NCBI GenBank assembly: GCA_000320545.1
Contig: ADNK01002546.1
Coordinates: 64,924-128,923 of the forward strand
Source: Bigelowiella natans CCMP2755
Taxonomy: Eukaryota; Protista; Cercozoa
Direction: 5' to 3'
Length of the DNA stretch: 64,000 nucleotides
Part shown: one piece after another, positions 53,820 to 64,000 of the stretch
Layout of the letters: every line of letters starts with the position of its first letter
Position numbering within the stretch: position 1 is the first letter of the stretch
Position numbers and translations under genes: made by a program
The notes under the pieces: model-generated
Told to the model about the DNA's origin: nothing
Databases searched by the model: none
The model's input: only the letters and a program-made list of their open reading frames with translations

Positions 53820-54540
53820 ATGGCGCACTAGCTGCATGCACAGCATGCTAGCATCTAGAGCATGTCCAAAAAGATGGACACAAGTCAGGAATTGTGCTCG
53901 CATAGGAAGCAAAAGGGTCTCTAACGAGCTCTACCAAGCAGCCCCCTCTAGCTAGCTAGCCATAACTACCTAGTCGATCAGCAAGAATCTCTGTGTCTGT
54001 TAGCTAGCCCTCCTCGCAGAGCTAGAGCACATCTTCCTCAGCATATCTGAATGTGTGGCCCCACAGCGCAATGCACACTGCTAGAGTACGCGTGGCATTT
54101 ACACGATGACAAACATCATGCTAGCATGCGAATTTAGTCATTCCGCAGTCCTCTTGCCACAAAATTAATGGATGTGACATCACATGCTCACAGCATTTGT
54201 GCGTCTAGGGACGTGCTGCTAGAGCAATCGTGAAAGCGATCATGTGAACACATGAGCAGTGTAGGCCACGTGTTACACAATCTGTAATCGTTGCATGCAT
54301 CTGTGTGAGTCGGTGACGGGCTAACACGCTAGCAAGCCTGTAGCACATATGTTATTTTACCGACAACCTGCAGAATATGCATGTGAATTCGCAAATACAG
54401 CTACAATGCGAAGCCACCATGCATTGTGCCGCATGCAACTGAGCGCACGCACGTAGATGCCGCTCACCTTGACTAAAATGCACGACGAATGCACATGTTG
54501 TCAAGTTGCCAAATGAAGTTCAGTGCGGTCTAACTTCTTC
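53820..54540. other. Intergenic TpA-depleted island 4 (weaker) between the convergent TBC and YkuK-like 3' ends
   Basis: Dense gctagc/gcatgc/tgca and (CTAG)3 at about 53948. Most TpA are in CTA/TAG context, though more exceptions remain than in islands 1 and 3. Confidence 0.6.
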
Positions 54541-54864
54541 AATCGGCGATGTGAATAGGAAACGTGGGATTTCAAAACATAGAACTCTTAACACGTCTTC
54601 CCGGAACTGCATTGCAATGCTTGGAAAAATACAAAAGTTATTTATTTCAGTGATAATTTTTCCCTTAATAGGTTGTAAAACCTCCAGTGAATGGATGCCT
54701 TTTCACGGCTAGATTTTGAGACCGCAAGTAGCATTGCATTTGCCTATATTTCTAGTTGTTGATATCTTTACAATCAGCGGATGCAAATCTATAATCTTCA
54801 CAGCTGCTTTTCGGCTCGAGCCTTCCCTCATTAGTTTCGTTTATCATCATCATCATCATCCTCA

Positions 54865-55596
54865 TCATACTTGTCTTTTCCTCCTCCTTCTAGCACTGCC
54901 TCTATTCGACTTCGGCGCCATTGCCCCCGCTTCGTTGCGGTCCTTCCTCATCTTATTTATTCTGTTACATGGAGAAAATCGATGCAGGGGGGGGGGGGGG
55001 GATAGGGGAGGGGAATGACAGAGAGAGGGCGAGAGGAGCAATGAGATAACGCTGTCCGTGGATTTCGAGCTTCGGCACCAACAAGCTAGCTGCACAGAAC
55101 GAAAAAGAGCACTTCTTTACTAATAGATCTAAAATACAGGGGAAACCCATCCTCGCATCCCCTTCCGTGCTCGAGGCGCGGTGATTTATCCAGTTTTTCT
55201 TGACGGGTAGCGCTCTCTTCGGTGTATCAGCGACGATGAGCGAGCTCGCGTGCAATTCGATTACTCGCAGAGTATGATGATACTCGAGAGGAGGGGGTGG
55301 GGGGGAAACCCCGCATATCACCGCTACCTTGACTGTACTGAGACGCCGAAGTTTCCATTGACGATGTAGTTTGCCACTGCAATGGCAAAATCATCATCAT
55401 CACCAACAACAACAAGAACAAACAATAGCGATTATGATGATGGTGACGATGATGATGATGATACGACGGAGTATGTATGGAGGCAGGAAGGAGGCAGTGT
55501 TTTTGGTTTGGGGAACATCGTCCGGAAAAACGGTGGTTTTAACAGCTCGTGTGCTCAAGTACGCGTGTCACCACAAAACTAGAGCACATAGAATCG

Positions 55597-55633
<37 letters not shown>

Positions 55634-55994
55634 GCCTCTGCCTTATCCCCCATCCCCCCTTGCGTCTTTGCTCATATCCTGCTTTCAATCCCTCCCTCTC
55701 TCCCCCTCTTGCTCTATCGTTCTCTCTCCGAGACACAGGTCGACATTTACCACTCGACGCCGCCCAAGCTTCTGGCTTTGCCTTTGCCTTGAACCCCGCA
55801 GATCTGAATTGACCCCACACAACATCGCTATCAGCTGAACACGCTGATTGCGTAAAAAGAGCTTTTCTTCATCGTGACTGATGAAGAGAGCAACGCGTCT
55901 TGCCGACGAATTCCAGTTTACACGCGCCGAAAACATCGGTGGGACTTATTTGTTGTAAAGCTACCAAACGTTATGATATGCTATTCATACATAT

Positions 55995-56060
<66 letters not shown>

Positions 56061-56789
56061 AGGAAAAAATGGAGAAACGGGGTTGAGAGAAAGAGAGAGT
56101 CAAAGATAAAACGGGAGAGAGAGAGAGAGCGAGAGAGAGAGAGAGAGAGCATGCGAAAACTTATGTTGTCGTTCTTTCATTACTTAATCCAGCCGACCCC
56201 CGAATTATATATCGAATGGCTCAGATGCGAGGGCTATTCAAAGTCAAAGGAAGGTTGGTGTCCTCATTAAAACAACACACGCCAACATCAGCATGCCAGA
56301 GACCATCTTCTATTCAGCAGCCGCGCATCGGTGCCGAAAGCAGAGCGCATACCAAGATTTCTCAATTTTTCAATCGCCCCCCTCAAACGAGGGAGGAAAC
56401 GATCAAAAAAGCGAAAATATATATAGTGCTGGCCCTGCGCATCCACGGAAATGCGTGCGGGGATACGCGGCAATCATGTACACGACGCCAAATCGTCGCT
56501 GCTTACGATGTTGCCCAAACGAATGAAACGACGAATGAAACGGTGATTTAGCTTTCGCGAGATCAAAATAGACAATGGTACTGCTAGCCACCACTACCTC
56601 AGGGTTACAGTCGATATGAACCTGATTACGTGCGTTTTGGAGTGGGGAAGGGGGGGGGGGGAGGGGAAGGGGATGTTCGTCAGTGTGATTTAAACTCTTT
56701 CCGTATGAGATAATGTGTGTGTAGAGGTATATCGTATATTATTACATATACTCTAGAGAAACTCTCTCTCACTCTCTCTCTCTCTCTCC

Positions 56790-56831
<42 letters not shown>

Positions 56832-57055
56832 CTATATAATGTTGTAGATATCATAATATATAAACATAAATATCACTATATACACATATATAAAATATTT
56901 ATACATCATGTACATGTTATACTCAATGATAACTAAAAACAGTTTCTAGGAAACATTCCGTACGAATATCACCGTGATCTTCTCCGATTTGAATGACGCA
57001 TTTAATTCATCTGCCACTGCAAGCGCTTGACTACACTCAAAAACGCACACACACA

Positions 57056-57089
<34 letters not shown>

Positions 57090-57736
57090 CACGCACACAC
57101 GCAAAGAGCATGCACGAACCCCTTTAAAAAAACGTGATATCCTAATTATACCTAATTATCACTGTCTACAATGAATACATAAAAGGTTCTGTGTATCATA
57201 CTATATTATCTCTCGTCATCGTCTCAACTTCCCCCGCCCTTCCTCACGTCGCGCGTGTGCGCGTGTGAGTGCGTGCATAAATCGAGAGAATAAGAGAGGT
57301 GTTGGGATAAAAGACTACAAGGCATCGTAACCACGACTCTGCATATTCACAGAAGAATTGAGCATTAAAAATCGAAGCTCCATCACTCGCCCTCCCTCCT
57401 TCCCTCCCTCTCCCTCCCCCCTCTGACCTCCTCTAATAGCCTACAATGCACTAAGTTCTTCCTCGATCCTTGGTAAGGCACCTTCACAGCACATGACAAC
57501 GACGATGAGTGATGATAACGTCAATAGCGGCATTGGCGATCTTCACGGTGACAATAAAGATAATCATCGCGTTGGTAATGAATCGGCATCAGGCTTTGCG
57601 CCTACACCTCGCTCGCTCTAAGGCAGTAGAACTCACTTTGAGCTTTTTGTAAAGCACATGGCCCCCTTCCGACTTCTGGTATAAACACACGGCTACCTAG
57701 CAAACCGTAATGAACGACACACACACACGCGCGCGC

Positions 57737-57775
<39 letters not shown>

Positions 57776-59073
57776 CTGTTATAAATTAACATGCAGACTC
57801 TAGGATACAGGATTGATGCTGGTAGTTGATATGTCTATTTCCCCTCTATCCCGGGTGATAAATGGGATGAAGCATAAAACGCACATATCGCCTTTGGCAG
57901 CGTATTCGAGGACGTCCAAGGCGTTTCGTCCAAGGCGTTTATCGACGCCTTGGACTGCCCACATTTTTTTTAAACGCGTCAATATGTAATATTGGTGCAA
58001 TACCCAAAAATTTGTAAGGTTACCGCGAAGATGATGACGCCCTCCACAGATTTCGAGTCAGCTCCGATGTGAATCTCTCTAAACCAGGGCGGGGGGGCAC
58101 AAATTCAGTCTTAGATAAGGTAATAACTGCGAATGTGCTTTCTGCTGCTTTTGCTATAAGACTCGTCGCATTTCCTCCTCTGACATTCACTAGTCATATG
58201 AAGCAAGCGGTAAGGACTGGAGAGATATATACCCCCACCTCCCTCCCCCCTCCCCCCTCTCTATCTCCCTCTCTCTCTCTCTCTTCCTTTTTCTCCCTTT
58301 CCGCAAACTACTATGAATCTACCCAAGAGGGTTGTCGTTCAGCCATGAAGACACATACGACGTGAGGTCACCAATAGCAGCACCTGCATCAAGTATACAA
58401 GGTTAGAGCATGAATGACGAGTATATACCTCTTCTACAGACAAGATAGGAAAAAGGTATTAGCTCTCCAGTTGGAATGAACATAGCCGCGCGCGTGTTCG
58501 AGATATCCAGGACTACACTACGACTAAATGGCTTATTCGAGGTGTTTGCCCCAATATGTGATGATTCTAGTGTGGCCAACACGGCTAGGGAGGTGCACAA
58601 ACCAACCGCTCTCTTTCCGGAAGGTTTCGAAAGTGTTTTCTAGAGGCTGCTTCGACGATAAAGGCCCTCCCATACGCCCTCCTATTGCATGAGCCGCCTC
58701 GATAGACGAGGAAAAGAGGTTCTAGATTACCACCACCACATAATCTCCGATCAACGATAACTCTAAAGGCGCGGTAAAGCAGGGGCGTGGCGGAAAATCA
58801 TTCTCTCAACCTACTCCGCGAAGTCCCAAGCGAGATCCCCAACAAAAACGCACGATGTGTGTAAATTATCACATGCATATGCAAGCAACACGTGCGTCTG
58901 AAAGCGCCTTACGGTAACACGCGTATTAAAAACCGACACGGCCAAACGCTGGGCGATCCTTTTGGTGAAAACACCGTGTGTGTACCCACCCCATTTGTTC
59001 CTGTGTAATTTGCGCGCATCCCTTTTCGGAGAAGGCGTCGGGACATAATCGTAGCTCTTGTGGCGGGAAACAT
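54865..59073 (-). CDS. Ribonuclease H-like YkuK family (DUF458) protein, intron-rich; both termini uncertain
   Basis: In-phase exons 58078-58024, 57696-57637, 57481-57428, about 57035-56973, 56621-56598, 56233-56184, 55803-55751 and 55376-55328 give GEIHIGADSKSVEGVIIFAVAVCLYQKSEGGHVLYKKLKVPYQGSRKNLVHCRLLEE(C)SQALAVADELNASFKSEKITVHIDCNPEPSHLSHSIYNSGVGWIKSAGFKAKAKPEAWAASSVANYIV. This matches the YkuK pattern IGxDS...GG...RLxxE...HIDxN...KPxAxAASxxAD. Confidence 0.8.
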
Positions 59074-60049
59074 CGGATGTATTTCTGTCTTGCTCGTACA
59101 CTATGTAACCCCCCCACGAAGGCGTGTTTCTGCGATCAGAAGTCAATCAAAAGAGATATCGAATCAAGAGGCAACCAGCCTTCAAGGCTGATGCCGTATC
59201 TACTGGAAGGGTAGATCAAAGCGCTCCGGAATGACAAAGTACCCTGGCTTGTGCACCTCTCCCGAAATTTCGAAAGGAAAAAATGCTTAATAAAATTACT
59301 TCCCATCGTGTTGCCACACCCATCTCCCGGTATTTAATTTCAAAGGGGCTGACCCATCATGCCCTTGCAACGCGCCCAACCCCCCCCCCCCCCTCCCCCC
59401 TTCTGTTCCCGATCTCAATTGACCTCAAATCGACTTTTGTCTTCTCACGTTGAAGCTGCTCTTAGAATGAATTCTTCAAAGTTTTGTCGGTATTGCGTCA
59501 ACGTGGGACATTTAAGAAGAGCGACAACCCAAAAACTAGCATTCAAATTAGAAAAAAACGCTTCGATCTATTTCTGCTAATATTGTTCCACAAATTATGT
59601 CGTATTCTAAAAATGCACGCTTTTATTCGTAAACTACGCCTGCGCCTGCGATATCTCCTGGACAACAGAGGTTTGGCGTTCCGTATCCATCGAAGCCACT
59701 TACGAATATTACTTGCGACTTAACTAATGTTTAATAATTGAAATAAATGGACTGCGTTAAAGATATCAATTTGAGAATGGAGAAAGTTCTTCGATCTTAC
59801 TTTGCCCTACGTCGAAGCTTCCTCTCCCTTCTTCCGCCTTTGAACATGTGAGTGGAAGGCCGATATGGGGCCACCCCATACACCCAATTTCACTGAAGTT
59901 CATGTTTGGCATGTGTTTATTAATGTCCGAAAGACATCATTTGCTGCGCGTGATGATATAGTTACGATACCCCCCCATCCCCGCTGCGACATTGACTGAG
60001 CTATCTTTTGATGATTGATTCCTAAGAATCTCCATTCTTCCCTCTTATA

Positions 60050-61333
60050 ATGAGCTCGGCTCGGAAAAAGAAACAGGTACGGGAGAATGTACTGTTGAAA
60101 AACTGTTCTCGGTTATTTTCCCTTTGTCGTATGGGTATGTGCATCTGTGTGCTGTTTGTTGTGTGAGTGCAATGCTATTCTCTATTTAATTTCTCTGTGG
60201 TAGCTTGAAGAGGAGGTTCAGAAGCTGAAGAAGAAGTCTTATAATAAGAAATGCTTCGGATGTGTTGGAGGGGTAATGACGTCTTCGCTTTTACATGCTG
60301 ACGTTTCACTGAGTTCCGAGATATTAACCTGGCGGAGCCACTGCTTATTTGTCAAGTCGAAGTTGCATGCTCGCGCATTTTCGAGCATTCATACATACTG
60401 TACCCACCGTCTCTCGTTCGATCAAACCGATGAATATCCTACAGGTGTCAACGTACGTTGTTCCAAACCTCTGGATTTTCGTCTGTGATAAAGTGGCTGG
60501 GCTCATGTAGATAACAACACAACACAGAAACACTAATACAGGGACGACCTACGTGTGCTTTGTTAGACTTTGCTCATCATGCATTCATATCGTCCTGAAG
60601 GCGCGAGGTTGGCTTCAAAGCGAACGGCATAGCGATGACTTCATGGACAAAAGAAGATGTCAGTATCACCTACACACCATCAGTCGCACGCATGGCGATT
60701 TAGTTTTCTCGTTTTCGATAGAACTTTCTCCCCACGCGCAGACGATGCAAGAATCGTCGTTGGCCATGCACGATTAGTTAAATTAACAACGCTAAACAAC
60801 TCAGGTTGAGAACATCAAGGCTGGGGGAAACAAGGTCAAGTCGTAGTAGCAATAACCGCAAATGTATATTTGTCTCCCAACAACAACTTATATTTCCAAT
60901 GCACACCAATGTATTGTTGTTCTCTGCTATAAACACAAGTGTGATATAAGTATCTTGTGTTTAGAATGGACGCAAGCAGTGGCTGAAAGGGTTAGTTCGC
61001 ACACACGCACGCACATACACACACGCGTACACATATAGTATGATATATTCATAATCAAAGTATTCCTCAGGACATTTTACATTGAAATTAACTGATGGGG
61101 AACCAAAAAAAAAAAAAAGCAAAAATCACAAATTATCTACTGAGAAAAGAAATTGTGTAAAATGCTGCAGATTCGACTTAGAGAACTTGCCCAATGAGGA
61201 CAACACGGAAGGGATTCGTAGCTTTATCAAAGAAGTTTTCGTCGATAAGAAGTATGCGTACATGCTAATCAGCGCCGCAGTTAATGATTGGATACAAGTT
61301 ACAAGTTATTAACGCAATACACACACACACAAT

Positions 61334-61374
<41 letters not shown>

Positions 61375-62305
61375 TATCCTGATATATCTGTTTCTTCAGA
61401 TATGAAAGAAAGGGCAAACCATCTCGTCGGAGTCGAACAAGATCAAATCAGGTCTTTTACAGGAAGAAAGATGTTTGCTATCGGCGAATTACTTTCATAT
61501 ATTTCTCACCGCCGCCCTCGTCAATTGGTTTGCAAATCCCAAATATCGAAAACATCGTTACTGCAAATCGTGCCTTGGAGAGTTTTAGATCATTACACCA
61601 TTTTTCTGTTACGGTGCATAATATCTTCAATTCAGTGTGTTGGGGGTGTTGGTATCCTTTACATGTGTGTTTGCGTTTTGTGTGTGTGGGGGGGAGAGAG
61701 AAAGAGAGAGAGAGAGGGAGAGAGAGAGAGAGAGAGAGCGTATGAGCGAGTAAGTGCGCATGCCTTGGTTAGTGTGTTTCATCTTCACGCACACATTCTC
61801 GTTTCATTCGTGTGCGTTAGAAATCGACGATGGAGACGAAAGCAAAGCTCTCAGCGGTACGGGGAAAGCGAAATCGTAAAAGAGAAAGAGAGAGAGCGAG
61901 AGAGAGCGCGCGCGAGAGAGGGAGAGATAGAGAGCGAGAGCGAGTTTATGTGTGCGCGTGTATTCGAGCAAGAGTGTTGATGTGGCGTTTTCACCGCGAA
62001 TACAGCCTACGACAGCAGTAACGTCAGCCCCGGCTGGGCCAAGCTTCATGGTGGAATTTGATGAGGTGTGATGATAATGCGAAGACCCATCTTGCGCTTC
62101 TGCCACCAGATCTGCCCCACCCCCCCACCCCCCCAGAACTACTCTTTCCGCAAAATCAACCGAGAAAGAATGATACGAAGAATAGAGGCTTGAATAGTAT
62201 TTGTTGGTAGTACCTATGCTGTTATTATTCCATTGTTTTTTCGGTTTCCTCACATTGGACGGCTCAATATATATTGTGATATCCATTCTGTTCGTGTGTG
62301 TATTT

Positions 62306-62336
<31 letters not shown>

Positions 62337-62474
62337 CGTGTAGGAGGAGGTTATTCCCCAAGAAGAGCAAGAACCACAGGTGGGAGGAGGAGAAAGGATG
62401 ATAACCAGATGGCTAACTCCCCCCCCCCCCCCCCCCCCCCACACATACACACATGCGCATGTAGAAAGAGAGAA

Positions 62475-62511
<37 letters not shown>

Positions 62512-62912
62512 AGTGCTACTCATATTATCCATCGTCAATATTACAGAGCTACCCAACCCAATAGGTATTCTCCGTAACCATTCGTGCATTTTCGAATACG
62601 ATTTGTTCATATGCGTGAGTAGTTGTTGTTGGTGCTGCTGCTGCTGTTGTGTTCCCCCTCCCCAGTCAAACATGCCCGTGATGGACGATGCCAAAGATGC
62701 TGGCAAGCAAGAGTGCGTATGCGGCGGCGAGATAACCTGAGAAGATGACCTTATGAGCGTTGTTTGGAAGAAATCATCATGGAATGCGACGATCGAGAGC
62801 GTTTATAGGCCAAACCGTACATGGATGACTAAATCGTGATTGCCTAATCACGATAGCTAATTCACTTTTTTGGGGAATTGTATTGGAGAAATGTTAGACA
62901 ATATGTATTATA

Positions 62913-62950
<38 letters not shown>

Positions 62951-63429
62951 CATATAATAATATATAAATTAAAATACATATTTATTATGTACATTGTACT
63001 TTACCATTGGTACAATTTTGAGCTACGACATTGAAGTGCTTCTCGCTCCTTCTGATTGGCGTTCTTTTGCTGCTCAGGGAGGAGATAAAGAAACCTGCCT
63101 TGGTTGCTCCAGAGGTGAGCCCTCACATGCATATATGATCAAAAGGGAGAGGAAAGCATTATTCTCCATCTTTTGTTTTTGTATCATCTTTATTTTTTGT
63201 TTTTGGGTTTCAGCCCATTGAGATGACCGATGTTAATGTAGAGGCACTTGCTACCATCTCTCAATATTGATATCATATTCAATGTATGAATATATAATAT
63301 ATATTTAGTGGTGTTACAGCATTGATTGATACGTTTGGCTTGTCCCCATTAAATACCAATATTCAGATGCCTGACCAGTTATCATCACCAAGTAATTAGT
63401 CATAAATGTGATATGTATAATACAGATAT

Positions 63430-63463
<34 letters not shown>

Positions 63464-64000
63464 CATATATTCACATACATAGTTTACTATCACAATCGGT
63501 GTTGTAGTAGTATACGAATCCGCGAGGAGAGTGCAATGATGACGTTAGTGCTCGGTGTAGCATTGGTGCTGCAAGGGCCGGGGAGGGATAGATATGTCCA
63601 TCGCTGTCGATCTAGAGTGTAGCTTGCCTGAAGTTGATTATATCAGTTCAGGGCGCTCATGCGCGTGCATGCGTATGTGTGTGTGTGTGTGTGTGTGTGT
63701 TATACGGCGCGGTCTTTTGCGTGTGTTGGCGTCTGTGGTCGTTAGTTGTAGTTGATGCTGATGTTGTGCATATGCCGCAGTATATTACCTCTATCCAACA
63801 CACGCGCTGATAACCTCCTTTGGGCATGACATTACAAGACCCTATAGATTCGTTATTCGAGGCATCTGGAGGAGGCGGCGGGGGGGGGGGCGGGGGGGGG
63901 GGGGGGGAAAAAAAACCAAAAACCCCAAAAAAAAAGGTTTTTTTTTTTTTAAAAAAAAAAAAAAAAATGGGGTTTTTTGGGGGGGGGGCAAAAAGGCCGG
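60050..64000 (+). CDS. ArfGAP-domain protein (AGFG/AGD14-like), 3' end not resolved in the window
   Basis: Exons 60050-60076, 60204-60272, 60445-60506, 60601-60658, 60805-60834 and following give MSSARKKKQLEEEVQKLKKKSYNKKCFGCVGGVSTYVVPNLWIFVCDKVAGLMREVGFKANGIAMTSWTKEDVENIKAGGNK...IRSFIKEVFVDKKY, followed by low-complexity exons. Confidence 0.88.
63860..64000. other. Low-quality homopolymer tail, probable sequencing/assembly artefact
   Basis: A poly-G run is followed by stuttering runs of A, C, T and G, typical of read decay after a G homopolymer. Confidence 0.75.

Noticed and set aside
1297-63460. Many (TA)n and other SSR tracts have similar lengths of about 25-35 nt
   Set aside because: This is plausibly k-mer-limited collapse in a short-read assembly rather than biology, and cannot be judged without reads.
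745-63622. Hundreds of 60-230 aa ORFs in the supplied track, many with [16 protein letters not shown] runs
   Set aside because: They are translations of intronic microsatellites or exon-plus-intron read-through. The real genes only emerge after splicing.
63860-64000. G-rich/homopolymer terminal tract as telomere or G-quadruplex element
   Set aside because: It has no regular telomeric unit and the pattern matches sequencing decay at a contig end.

Overview
This is eukaryotic nuclear DNA with very high intron density: exons are mostly 30-110 nt, introns about 50-900 nt and nearly all GT-AG, and most introns carry (TA)n/(CA)n/(GA)n/poly-G microsatellites. The six-frame ORF track is therefore mostly noise, and I rebuilt the genes exon by exon by hand. 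Eight genes are recognisable: a partial MSS51/ZMYND15-like gene (-), a MIF/tautomerase-domain protein with a hydrophobic C-tail (-), a complete 35-exon plant-type ispG/HDS with a signal+transit leader (+), a Dcm/DNMT6-like C5 DNA methyltransferase (-), a PPR protein (+), a TBC RabGAP with EF-hands and a PDZ domain (+), a prokaryote/phage-type YkuK (DUF458) RNase-H-fold gene (-), and an AGFG-type ArfGAP (+, runs off the end). The ispG leader implies an alga with a complex plastid; a chlorarachniophyte is my best guess, not proven. The most striking unexplained signal is four roughly 0.7-2 kb intergenic islands, each just downstream of a gene 3' end. In them TpA is largely removed except in CTA/TAG context, while CpG is kept, which suggests a targeted, reverse-RIP-like mutation or DNA-modification process. 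All counts and exon joins are manual.
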